Shown: positions 1 through 11,648 of the stretch, one piece after another
Numbering within the stretch: position 1 is the first letter of the stretch
Layout: every line of letters starts with the position of its first letter
From: Macrostomum lignano
Taxonomy: Eukaryota
Reading direction: 5' to 3'
Assembly (NCBI GenBank): GCA_002269645.1
Contig: NIVC01000995.1
Span: 1 to 64,000 of the forward strand
Length of the DNA stretch: 64,000 bases
Notes under the pieces: model-generated
What the model was told of the DNA's origin: nothing
Databases searched by the model: none
The model's input: only the letters and a program-made list of their open reading frames with translations
Position numbers and translations under genes: made by a program

Positions 1-273
1 CGGCCATGGAGCTTTATATGTACCAAGGAGTTCTAGAGCAAAACTATCTGGAATGGAAAACGGACTGGCTAAATTAAGCTTATTTGTCAATTTTCACCTG
101 TATGTTAAGAACTGCTGTCTATAAGCTCATTTGAGAAAAATTGAGTTTGCCAATTGTTAAGTGACTGAATCAGCTGAGTGACCCACACAGATAAATTTCT
201 AACTTACGTATTAAATATGATCATGACGCAATGAATCAATACAGCTCGTAGGGACTTTTTAGTTTAGTTAGAG

Positions 274-520
274 GCAGGGGCTGCGTGCTCCACAGATTTC
301 TATATTACCTAGATGGGCCACTCCGGCGCGAAAACCCCGGGGTTTTGACCATAGACCATAGCTTTTGCTGCTCTCAAGACATTACGCTCGTAGCAGCAGC
401 AGCTAGTGTCTGTGGCCCTAACCCTGGGGTTTTCGGGCCTCAGAGGCGGCCTAAATGAGCGAATGCTGGAGTGACGCTTCTAGGTAAAATAGTATCTGTG
501 GTGTACACCCTGCTGCACTT
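274..520. mobile_element. Hairpin/MITE-like element with nested inverted repeats
   Basis: ccacagatttctatattacctag (about 291-313) is inverted at about 479-501 (ctaggtaaaatagtatctgtgg). Inner arms cgaaaaccccgggg (about 329-342) and ccctggggttttcg (about 422-436). No ORF. Confidence 0.55.
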
Positions 521-639
521 TAAGCGAAACTTTAAGTACACAGGGGTGTACAGCGGCCCTAACTTCATTTATCGTTAGGCATGTCGTTTATCGTCACTGT
601 GCCTTGAGGGTTGGCCCTCAAGGTTGTTAATTGCACGAG

Positions 640-751
640 CAGAGCCAAGCCGAGATTCTAACTCAGGCCCAAATTAATGTGACTGCACTTGGAATCGAGC
701 CTGGGCCGCTGGCACATCAGAGCGCCGCGCCAGACCACTGGGCTACGGCCC
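640..751 (-). mobile_element. tRNA-derived SINE head
   Basis: Minus strand reads GGGGCCGTAGCCCAGTGG (A-box) ... GGCTCGATTCC (B-box-like). No complete cloverleaf or acceptor stem. Confidence 0.55.
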
Positions 752-1256
752 CTTGTCCGTCGCGGCTTACAGAGCCGTGAAAGTTTTTTTAATTAAAAAA
801 AATCCTGCTTTTATTTTTATTTCACACTAAGAAACTAACTTCAATTTTTAAAAGCAATAAAAGTTTCACTTCACCAAGCGAATAATTTGGCTAGCTTTGC
901 CATATTGCGCAGGAAAAAACCAAAGAACATACTCAAGCGAGCTTGCATCAATGTAACCGAGTTCTATGAATTAAACTACCGTTTATTCCAGCTTAATCTT
1001 CTCATATTTACAGTAACTTTAATAAAATTCTATTTTGAATCGTCAGTACCGAGTCTTAGTGATTTTCTACACGTACTCTAAATAGAAAAAAAATGAATTT
1101 CCAATTTATTTTTTACTCCTATTAATAATTGAAGCTTAACTATGTGGGGCAACTAACTAGCATCGATATAGAATTCACTGCAGCATTTTCGACGTTTTCT
1201 TAAGAAGCAAACAATACATAATGGATATTACGAACAGGCTTGTACAGCAAAGCATT

Positions 1257-1700
1257 GAAGGAGTGGGGTGGGCTACAGACACTGAGCGATAAGTTAAGTG
1301 AGCTAGCCAATGAGAGCTGCGGAGTGGGGTGGGCTACAGACACTGAGCGATAAGTTAAGTGAGCTAGCCAATGAGAGCTGCGGGAGTGGGGTGGGCTACA
1401 GACACTGAGCGATAAGTTAAGTGAGCTAGCCAATGAGAGCTGCGGGAGTGGGGTGGGCTACAGACACTGAGTGATAAGTTAAGCGAGCTAGCCGATGAGA
1501 ACTTTGGGAGTGGGGTGGGCTACAGACACTGAGTGATAAGTTAAGCGAGCTAGCCAATGAGAACTTTGGAGTGGGGTGGGCTACAGACACGGCGATAGGT
1601 CAAGCGAGCTAGCCAATGAGAACTTTGGGAGTGGGGTGGGCTACAGACACGGCGATAAGTCAAGCGAGCTAGCCAATGAGAACTGTAGGAGTGGTGTGGG
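1257..1700. repeat. Minisatellite, 61-62 bp unit, about 7 copies
   Basis: Unit ggagtggggtgggctacagacactgagcgataagttaagtgagctagccaatgagagctgc, with a gradient of variants. Confidence 0.95.
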
Positions 1701-2261
1701 CATCACACAGTGAAAGAAAATACATGCAAGCCAACCAATCAGCACTGAGGGAGCTAGAATCGTTTAAAGCAGGTTTTAATATCGATAGCTTAAGTTTTTA
1801 AAAACAAAAAGGAATATCAACTGTACCAAAGAATTGTTATACACTCATTACAGTAAGTCGTTACAGGATGTTACAGGAAATAAACAGCGTAATGAATAAC
1901 AGGAATTCTTCAGACATTCGTAGACACAACACAAAAATCGGGACACAAATATTGGGCTAACGCAGAAAAAATTCTTTTTTTGTTTTGTCGTTTCGATTTA
2001 ACTAACTCAATTAACCAAACAGCAAGAGGTGCAAAGAGACAAAGTAAAATTTAGAAATAATCGTTCAAAATGGATCTGTGAGCATCTGTGGATGGGATGG
2101 CCCCAGACTAGAATGCGCTAAGTCAGCCAGACATTAGCTTGGCTCTCTAAAAAGCAGCTATGAACTACAACGAAAGTTTATTATCGATAACCAAATGACA
2201 ACTAAAAAAAGAAACACATTAAAACACTCGATTACAGTTATGCAAAGACCAAGAGTCATAC

Positions 2262-2725
2262 AAAACAGGTTTCACAAACTCGAAATTTCACAACGTCGAA
2301 AGCACCTTCTTTCACAAGATCGAAATTTCACAAGGTCGAAATTTCATAACATCGAAAACTCAAATAGCAACCACTTTCACAAGGTCGAAACTTCACAAGG
2401 TCGAAATTTCACAACATCGAAAACTTTAGCAAGGGACTTCAAAAGGTCGAAACTTCACAAGGTCGAAATTTCATAACATCGAAAACTCAAATAGCAGCCA
2501 TTTTCACAAGGTCGAAATTTCACAACGTAAAAAACTACTGCATAGTTCTTGTTATATTAAATTTTCGACGTTGTAAAATTTCGAGCTTATGAAGCTTCGA
2601 CCTTGTGAAAGTGGCTGCTATTTGATGTTGTGAAATTTCGACCTTGCAAAGTTTCGACCTTGTGAAAGTGGCTGTTATTTGAGTTTTCTACGTTGTGAAA
2701 TTTCGACCTTATGAAGTCTCTTGCC
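2262..2725. mobile_element. Foldback-like element with modular inverted subrepeats
   Basis: Repeated tttcacaaggtcgaaa modules (2270-2530) face inverted ttcgaccttgtgaaa modules (2560-2715). Confidence 0.6.
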
Positions 2726-2896
2726 ATAGTTTATACAAAACATGCGCCACGGATACGAAAAAGTATTTTATTGCCAGAAAACCAAAAGGAAACAAAAGTG
2801 AAGCTCGAAATTAGCGCAATCGCAGACAAACATGGCCCTCACGAATCTCATTCTTTATTCTAGCGCATCAAATCGAAACAGTCTTTATTTAGCAGC

Positions 2897-3413
2897 AATA
2901 AACATAATCAATCTTGGACGCTCCTCCCGGGGACACTTTGCCATAGACATAATCAATCTTGCACGCTCCTCCGGGGACACTTTGCCATAGACATAATCAA
3001 TCCTGGACGCTCCTCTCCTCCCGGGGCACTTTGCCATAGACATAATCAATCCTGGACGCTCCTCCCGGGACACTTTGCCATAGACATAATCAATCTTGCA
3101 CGCTCCTCCCGGGGACACTTTGCCATAGACATAATCAATCTTGCACGCTCCTCCCGGGGACACTTTGCCATAGACATAATCAATCTTGCACGCTCCTCCC
3201 GGGACACTTTGCCATAGACATAATCAATCTTGCACGCTCCTCCCGGGGACACTTTGCCATAGACATAATCAATCTTGCACGCTCCTCCCGGGGACACTTT
3301 GCCATAGACATAATCAATCTTGCACGCTCCTCCCGGGAACACTTTGCCATAGACATAATCAATCCTGGACGCTCCTCTCCTCCCGGGGCACTTTGCCATA
3401 GACATAATCAATC
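2897..3413. repeat. Minisatellite, about 45 bp unit (44-48), about 11-12 copies, just 3' of the GPCR stop
   Basis: Unit atagacataatcaatcttgcacgctcctcccggggacactttgcc. The overlapping ORFs are repeat translations. Confidence 0.95.
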
Positions 3414-3485
3414 CCAAAGATTGATTATCACTTAAAACGAAGTTTCGCGTCCATCTACTTAAGTCGTCCTTGGTCCATGCCGGCT

Positions 3486-4694
3486 TCAGCCGCACCAACA
3501 GGCGGCCCGAAAGCGGCGAGCAAATTCACGTCGGAATTTCTTAGCCACCAGGCAGTAGAGAAAGAAATTAGCAGAATGATTGGCGTACATCAGCAGCTCT
3601 GTACAGGCCAGGCCGAGCTGGTAGCGAGCATAGAACACAGTGTCGTTGTTCGTCTCGAAGTTGATCACGGACGACAGGGAGCTGAGCACCTTTAGCACAG
3701 TGATGGGCAGCGAGGTGAAGATGAAGAAGAACGACACCAGCAAGAGCATCAGCGTCACCTGGTTGACGCTCCGGCCGAGACCAGACGACTGGTAGCTGAA
3801 CAGTGGGCGCCGATTAGCGTTGGTGATTGAGTTCAGCGAGCGCTGCGGCCTCTCGGACGCTGCCAGCACGCAGGTGGAGCCGCCAGCAGTCTGCGTGTCG
3901 GCTGCCGCCACCGGCCGGAGCCGCACCGACTCGCTGGCGGCGTTCAACTGGCCGGAGTAGAGCTTCTTGGAGATGTACAGCTTGCGGATGATGAGGATAT
4001 TGCACACCACCAGAATGGAGATGGGAATCAGGGAGTAGAGGGAAAAATCCAGCCAGGCGAGCGGCTGCTTCAACGAGGCGAATCTCGGGCGCAGGTCGCA
4101 GATTCGATGGGTCCGGTTCGACCCCGGCCGCCAGTGAAAGTCGTAGACGTCCAGCACGAAGAACCAGTGGGCGTTGAGCAGCAGGCAGACAATCAGGAGG
4201 GCGCCGATGATGCGACGGGTGCGCCCAACCGCCGTGTTGGGCGTCGGCAGCTGGGACAGCAGGACGAACACCCGTTCGAGAGTTACGGCCGCGATGAGAA
4301 ACACGCTGAAGTAGGTGGCCATGGTGGACAGGAAGTTGCTGCCGATGCACAGCTCCACGCTGATGAGGGAGCAATCGTAGCCAAGCAGGCAGGAGATCCA
4401 GGACTTGAACAGGCCAGACAACAGGGTCACCTGGTCCGCTATGCTCAGCACTAACAGGTAATTGTGCGTGCCATTTCTTTTCACGTGGTTCTTCAGTATC
4501 CAGACAGACAGGCAGTTGGCAACGGACCCGACCAGGAGGAGCAGCGGACTGCCGGCCCAGCAGAGCCACTTGGCTGCCCGGAATTCCCAGTGCCGAGTGT
4601 AGAGCAGCAGGTCCTGATCGGATTGCATGGCTGGGAGCGGAGGGCAGGTGGTGCGAACTCTAATACCAGCTATACCTGAGACACAAGGTGTCAT
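3486..4694 (-). CDS. Rhodopsin-family (class A) GPCR, FMRFamide/peptide-receptor-like orphan, single coding exon
   Basis: Seven hydrophobic segments. TM1 GSVANCLS, TM2 LSIADQVTL, TM3 ERV in place of DRY, TM6 FFIFTSLP, TM7 NHSANFFLYCL...KFRREF. The true start may be the gccATG at 4628, because an acceptor-like ctcag lies at about 4678. Confidence 0.9.
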   Translation of the reverse strand: MTPCVSGIAGIRVRTTCPPLPAMQSDQDLLLYTRHWEFRAAKWLCWAGSPLLLLVGSVANCLSVWILKNHVKRNGTHNYLLVLSIADQVTLLSGLFKSWISCLLGYDCSLISVELCIGSNFLSTMATYFSVFLIAAVTLERVFVLLSQLPTPNTAVGRTRRIIGALLIVCLLLNAHWFFVLDVYDFHWRPGSNRTHRICDLRPRFASLKQPLAWLDFSLYSLIPISILVVCNILIIRKLYISKKLYSGQLNAASESVRLRPVAAADTQTAGGSTCVLAASERPQRSLNSITNANRRPLFSYQSSGLGRSVNQVTLMLLLVSFFFIFTSLPITVLKVLSSLSSVINFETNNDTVFYARYQLGLACTELLMYANHSANFFLYCLVAKKFRREFARRFRAACWCG

Positions 4695-5869
4695 TTGGCA
4701 ATTTCATAACGTAAAGATTTTCAGCCCCCCCCCCAGCTCTGTTTACGTGTAGAGCAAGACTTACATGTACGGAGTGAGAGGTATCAACCGAAGAAATCAT
4801 TCTATTGAGAAATACACCCAAGAGATTGCCTTCCCCTGGGAGATACCACTAAAGACATGCGTGATACGATGAGCTAGGAGATCGACATTATGCTAAAATA
4901 AATTGTTTCCTTGATATTGCAAAGCCGCGATTAGCATACTAATTAAACTATTCAGCAGAAGAGGCTGATGCAGTTAAAACAACTTTACAAGAGAATATTG
5001 TACTAATCTATATATACGAGCGTACTCAGTAAGCATTAATAGAAACTTACTTGAGCCAAGCTTTTTTGACAACAAATGTCAAGCGGTAGAGTGAGGAGGA
5101 TCCTTGGGATTCTTGGCTGCTTGACCGAGGAATAGATAAGCGATAAGAATTTGAGGGGAGGAGTGAGCAGTTTTATCTACTAACTCAACGACTTGCAAAG
5201 CTCATCCTGATATTTGAGCAGCCAATGACAGTCAGTCAGTCAGCAGTTCATAGATGTCCTAAACTATAAATCTGGACAATAAGCAAAGCTCTGACAGTCA
5301 TTTTTATTCAAACTTCACGGACTACAACCGCGATAGTTAATCAGCATCCAGTTAAACAGCTTTGCAACACAGAAACTTACATTGAGGATCCGTAGCACTT
5401 TATTGTCATGGAATTCTTATTTAAAATAATTAATATTATTATTATATATATTGCTTTTCTCAGCCAAGTTCAGCCAACAAGTTGTGAATTCCCAGTTGGC
5501 AGCAGTACAGTAGATTCGGTAGTAGACTTCCATGCAGTAAAGATCAGAATTACCTGCTTGATTTCCCTCTCCGTCTGTGTCTATGGACAAGACCAAATCT
5601 ACTGTTGCCAAATGGCTCGATCAACTTGATTTGCTCAAAACCTCTTCAAGACGGTGGAAATATTCGCCACTCTCCGTTTCAGTTGGATGGGTCAACTTCG
5701 GGCCATAGACAACAAATTTCTGCTCAACCCTGTATCCCCATTCCAGTCGGAAAGATAGAGGGAAAGATTTTGTACGAGCTACATACACGTATGCCTGTGT
5801 CCTCTGTGAGTTTCTGTCACCGACAGTAAAGTGCTTTATTTTAATCCGCAACTTACCAAAAGTTTTTCA

Positions 5870-6910
5870 AAAGTCATGGCTTCGAGAACAGCTCCACCCA
5901 GACAGGCTTTATTGGCTGAAATCAACAACAGCGCTGACTTGGACTCCGAGGATGAGGTCAATTTGGAATCTGCCGGATCAAGCCGATGAAAATGAGTCTT
6001 TTTTCGTCAAGAAGTTCTTGACAGGTAACATTTTTCAGCGTCTTTCGGACTGGACAAATGCGAGAGCCTGGAAGGAGTTCATGAATGTACAGGAAAGAGC
6101 CGGATGTGCCACCCAGGCTAGTTCAGTGGAAGGACTGTAGACCAAATGAGATTTGTGGCCATTGTAGTCTACTTGGGACTAAACAAGAAGCCTGAATTGA
6201 ACAGTTACTGGTCGAAAGATTTGTTCTCTCACATCTCATACCTAAGCCAGTCTTTCTGCCTTACTCGCAATCGGTTTAAGAGTATCATGGGCTTCATATG
6301 CAATTATACGACTGCAATGCGAGGTTTGCGAGGAACAGCAATGCTTAAAGGCGTGCAAGTTTGTCGACAAAAAGCAGAGCGGAACAAAGATTGTCTACGT
6401 GATTGACAGTCAGGGCGAGGCAGGCAAGCTGTGTCAACGTTACTCGAATTCGCCGAGGCGACGTGGAAGAAGTAATCCAAAAGCCGGTTTGCATCGCCAA
6501 CTATTCATCTTTTATGGGCGGCGTAGATTGACTGGACAGTGGACTCCAGCCGTATACCATCCGAACAGAAAGACGCAAAAATGGTTTCAGAAGCTCGGTT
6601 TTCATGTCATCCTTCTTCTGGTAGGCAATGCTTGCATCGTTTACCAGAATGCTGGAGGAACAAAGAGCTTCCTCAGCTTCTTAGAAGTTGCGATCAAGGA
6701 TTTGACTGAACAGTCTGGGCCAGGCAGACGTTGCGTTTCGGATCGAGTCGGCCGGGCACATTCCAAGCAAGTCAGGCCAGGCTGTTGGGCAAAATCGACC
6801 GAGTGTCAAAAAAGACAGGGTACGTCTGCTCGCAGTGTGCAGGCACCCCGTCCCTGTGTCTTGTGAACTCCTTTGGCACGTGGCACAGTAAAAAATCAAA
6901 GAACCATTGC
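5870..6910 (+). mobile_element. Decayed piggyBac (PGBD4-like) transposase remnant
   Basis: Frameshifted pieces RFVAIVVYLGLNKKPELNSYWSKD...RNRFKSIM, RKTQKWFQKLGFHVILLLVGNACIVY, and the C-terminal Cys-rich KTGYVCSQC...PSLCLVNSFGTWH. The DDD core is largely deleted. TIRs not identified. Confidence 0.8.
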
Positions 6911-7182
6911 CATCTTCTAAAATGTTGCTTTAGAAATTCGAATGAGCGAATGACAAATAGTGTGTGAAAGTAGAGCAAGGCGTAAACTAGTTAATAGAGC
7001 TTTAAAGCTACTTCTAATCCCTTAGAGCTACTTCAAATATTGTTTTATATTCCAATATACAAATATCTTTGCAAAGTTTGTTTGCTTTACTTCTATTATT
7101 GGTCGAGTTCGACCCAGAGCCGACTGGAGCGGTAGGAAGGGAATTCATGTGCTGGTCATGCATGTAACTATTTTGAACTGCC

Positions 7183-7600
7183 CTGTTTGGACTCAACCGC
7201 AGGGACATCAGAGCGGTGACCATGGCCCTCTCGGGTCATGGCTGCTTTGCCAGGCATCGTCACCTCCGGGGGAAAATCCGCAGTGAGGAATGCCCATTCT
7301 GCCTCTCCAGTGTCGAGAATGCGGAGCACTTCATCTGTGAATGCCCCGCCTTTACTCAGGACAGGCTCACCTACCTCGGCCCAAACCCGGACCTCTCCGA
7401 CGTTTTCAGGTTCGAGAATCTCTGCCAGCTCGTCCGCTACCTAAGGGCTACCGGGCGAGCGACAGTCCACCTCCTGGACCCTCCTGAGGGGGACCGCGCT
7501 GCGGACACCGGCACCACCGGAACTTCCTGCGCGACACCGCAGCACTAGCTGCCCGTGTGGTCGCCAGGGGCTAGCGAAATGGGCGGCAACGCCTCCTCGC
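7183..7600 (+). mobile_element. 5'-truncated non-LTR retrotransposon 3' end (I/LOA/R1-like CCHC finger)
   Basis: LNRRDIRAVTMALSGHGCFARH...ECPFC...ENAEHFICECPAF matches the C-terminal TGH/CxxC...HxxxxC motif typical of these LINE ORF2 proteins. Confidence 0.8.
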
Positions 7601-9646
7601 TGTTTCCGGACGCACGGAGCCCCCTGCAGCTAAGTCAAGTATTTTGAACCGAATGCGCTGGGGAGTAAAAAGTGGTCGGAAACAACTTTCCAGACTTCTC
7701 AAGGTTAACCTCGTATCAACTTGGCTACTAGAGACGATAGCGATAGCTACATACGAGTAATACATCTATACTGTATATCATATAGATCATAGTACATTAT
7801 AGGTCATCCATTGGTTACGCCCAAGCGAAACGTGCGGAACGCACAGGCCCCAGGCCAATTTTTGTTCACGAGCCCCCAATTAATGTGGCCGCTCACGGAA
7901 CCTGGGTACTTGATAGCTACTCAGACATATCAGTTGCTCCACCCCTCCCGTGCATAAAGTCTGAGTTCTGTATTCAGCTTCAAGTTATCCGTGCTTTATT
8001 AGCCAGACCCTCCGCCCTATATTGTCTGGCAGAGCGAGGCGAAAAGAATGGAATTAGTTAAGAAGGAATTGGAAGTTTTTCCAACCCGAATAATCCCTTC
8101 CTATGATGCCTTCATTTAAAACCTTTCAGTTCGGCAGCTTGCAGCAATAGTTTAGTCTAGCTTTCGTCTCCGAATCTCGTTTGGTTTTAGTGTCTGATCT
8201 TGATCCTATCTACCTGTGCTAGGCCTCAGAAATCAGTTGTACCTTATAACGGGTTGCCCTTATATTCTCAGCAGCCGGATTATACGCGGTCAGCTAATCC
8301 GAGCGGAGATCTGAGCAAATCTAGCGTAGGGCGCGGAGACATAGGAAATTATCCCGTGTCAGAAGCTCCTCGCATTTATAATTGGGATTTAACAGCCGCT
8401 CTGTAGAAAAATGTGTGGCAGACGGCGAGAGGTCGCTCGCCGAAAGTTCTAGGATGCAGCCAGTAATCCAATATACTAAAAATCAAAACTATGTACCTAC
8501 CTACCTATATATGTATAGGAACTTTCGTTTGTCGCTTCAGTGACATCATCCCGCAGTCAGTCGGTGCTGTTAGAAGTCGCGTGATGGATTTCACGCAACT
8601 CCAAACAGTACACAGAAAGATCAGTTGCTCATTTGAGATCAGTTCAAATCACAGCATGGTTGCTCTGTAAGTTAAAGATTGCTCAAATCGGTGTTAAAAT
8701 GGGTCTGAATACTGATTTTGACACCGAGCAGTGTAAAAATTGAAAGAGAAAAGTTTTCATGTTCTTCCACAGACAGAGATAGAAAATATAGTTTAAAGCT
8801 GAATATCAAAAACAAATGAAAATAGTCATTATTGCTTGGTTCTTGTCAATTTCGCTAATTTACCTTAGTTTAATACGATTCTGAAAGTGTTTCACAAGGA
8901 AACGATTGCTACTAAAATTAGGAGCTCATTGATTTATCATTGAAGCATGCGCAGACGTACTCAAATCCGACTATTGAATCCCTTGTTTACGCCTTCTACG
9001 CCAAGAAATCAATGAATAGACTAAATTCGTCAAGAAATGTGTACTTATAGGAATCATTTGACGATAGACCCTAGACTAGGAGTATAATTAAAAGATCCAT
9101 ATTTCTTTGGACTGATTGTTGGGCCAAATTAATCAAAGTCTACGAGCGTACCCCAGAGTTGGCTGGTCAATTCGCTAACTAGCCAAGTACCGGCGTAGTT
9201 AAGAAACGGAATTATAGCCCGTAGCTTAGTAAGCTCATTCTAGATTAATTTACAGTTAGTACCCACCTAGGACAATGGTTGACGGAATTTATAACATGCC
9301 ATACGACGCTCCGATAGAGGTTTGTCAACGAAAATTTCCTGCGCTTACTCAACTATGTTGTTGCTTGTGATTATTAAGTTACAACTCAGCGATATTAAAA
9401 GCCGCCACTATAGACTGTGTACCTGAGTAAGAGGTTAAAATGATTCCTTTGAAGTGTAGTGAATTGAAGTCGAACGTTTCCCCTTCGCTCTATAGGCAAC
9501 GTTGACGGTCTTTTAATTTTGCTGAGTACATCTTAAGACTTAAGTCCTTAGCTTAAGATTCTTAGATGGTGCTGTTCCAAAATTTTGTGCGCCCGAGTGG
9601 CAATATAAATAATTACCCGATAATACTAAAATTCTTTTCCAACCAG

Positions 9647-10623
9647 TTGATTCAACTCTGGATTGACGACATCTCTCAAGGCCGACCCAACCTGGTTCAA
9701 GTGAAGAACAATGTTCCGCCCCAGGTCCTACTGTATCACGTGCTTATATTTATTTTCGGAGTGCTACTACTACTGTTGATGGCCGTTCTAGCAACTATTG
9801 AGGCAAGGTAAGGCTCGGGCATTGTTTGGCCTGTTTCAATCCATTTCTAGGTTTTTTGTTGAATCCAATTCAATTGGTTTCTGCACGAATTACAGTGCTT
9901 TTTGCACAAAATGCATTTGATGCTTCTTAAAGTGAATAATGAGCCGAATTATGAGTGCATGGGCAAACAAAGCACTCTAGTCAACCAGACCAACGCCTGC
10001 AAAATACACATGACCAGCTGCCTCAAGGGATGACGGAAAGCAGCCTACTCAGCTTCGTACTATCCACGGCCACCTCTGCTTAACTTGCAAGTGCTGGCAG
10101 CAAATACGTTGGGCTCTTGTTATCATCGCTGTTGTGTTCTAATTGACACAGAGAGTTTCGTTTGATTAAAGCTTTTGAGCTCAGAGATACACATCTCGCT
10201 CACAATATATTTATAGAGATCAAACTCCTACTTGCACGTTGCACGTTGCAATCTCCTACTCATTCTAGTCTTAGTACAGTATACGCCCACGCATTCAATA
10301 AGGCCAATAGTTCATTGTCAGTAGTCAATTCATTGCGCGAGCATTGTCAATCACAACAATCGCTCATGCTCACCTTGCTGCATACAACTCACTAACATCT
10401 ATTTAACTATGCTTGCCAACATTATTTAAACAGATACGGCATCGCCCTTCATAGACTGCTGCCTCTAGTCACCCGGGTCATCGACGTTGCACAGCTTTTT
10501 GATCTCACTCCGCTGCCGCAGTCTAAGCGCATATCATTTGGCGTGGAGGCGCAGAACAGCACGAACTACAATCGAGCCCTCACTGATGCCTTGCTGAATC
10601 CAGGAGCGCAGCTTCATACTTGA
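9647..10623 (+). CDS. Candidate 3' exons of an unidentified single-pass membrane protein
   Basis: Exon 9647-9807 (ccag| LIQLWIDD...VLIFIFGVLLLLLMAVLATIEA |gtaagg, phase 2) joins in frame to exon 10434-10623 (acag| YGIALHRLL...QLHT*). A possible phase-0 upstream exon at 9271-9319. No expression data. Confidence 0.45.
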
Positions 10624-10699
10624 CAGCATATTTGAGCTACATGTAATAGCATGGCCGCTGGACTGCGCTGAGTTGCTTGGTTTCAATTCCTAGTTCTAA

Positions 10700-11160
10700 T
10701 GATTGATCTATCCACCTCACAGGTCCTCAGATTGATCTATCCACCTCACAGATCCTCAGATTGATCTATACACCTCACAGATCCTCAGATTGATCTATCC
10801 ACCTCAAAGATCCTCCTCAGATTGATCTGTATCTATCCACCTTAAAGATCCTCCTCAGATTGATCTATTGAACACTTCAAAGATCCTCAGATTGATCTAT
10901 CCACCTCAAAGATCCTCCTCAGATTGATCTGTATCTATCCACCTTAAAGATTCTCCTCAGATTGATCTATTGAACACTTCAAAGATCCTCAGATTGATCT
11001 ATCCACCTTAAAGATTCTCCTCAGATTGATCGGTATCTATCCACCTTAAAGATTCTCCTCAGATTGATCTATATCTATCCACCTCAAAGATCCTCCTTAG
11101 ATTGATCTATCCACCTTAAAGATCCTCCTCAGTTTGATCTATTGACCACTTCAAGGATCC
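10700..11160. repeat. Minisatellite, about 29-bp core with insertion variants
   Basis: Unit agattgatctatccacctcaaagatcctc. Confidence 0.9.
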
Positions 11161-11648
11161 TCAGTCCACATCCCAAAAACTCAGATTGAAATACTTTTCT
11201 CAAAAATTCTCTCAAGTCGATCTTATCAATCCATGAACCTCGAAAATGATTTAATGCCGCACAGTTAATCAAATTTTAACAAAACTTGAAGCAGTGTTTA
11301 TATAATGGACTCATGTCTCGTTCTTTGTCATCCATCCGTATAAAAAGATGAATAAATAATAAGCGAACAGTAGCATGCTAGAACTCAGCTTCGTGTATAA
11401 TTAACTCGGCAATATCTGCTTTCAATTAGCTAAAATACTCGTACTTTCGAATAGGCTCTCTAATAACGCACATTCAAAGCCAGTAAATTGATCAAGAATC
11501 TCGCAATTATATGGCAAAGAACGAATAAAGGTGCATAATAAATACAGGCAAAAAATCCATACGCAGATTTTTTATAGAATTCGCTATTGTCCCAAGAAAA
11601 TCATTTTGCAGCTATAGGGATCAGGCTAAAGGTGACAATTGTAGGCTC

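Noticed and set aside
1257-1700. CCAAT/GATA-containing repeats as an enhancer array (similar gagc(t/c)agccaat in the 81-mer at 53.9 kb)
   Set aside because: Short motifs occur readily by chance and there is no positional or functional support.
3814-4569. Overlapping and antisense ORFs over the GC-rich exons (also 38877-39566, 28982-29401, 34213-34686, 12317-12706)
   Set aside because: Expected shadows of GC3-rich coding sequence, with no recognisable motifs.
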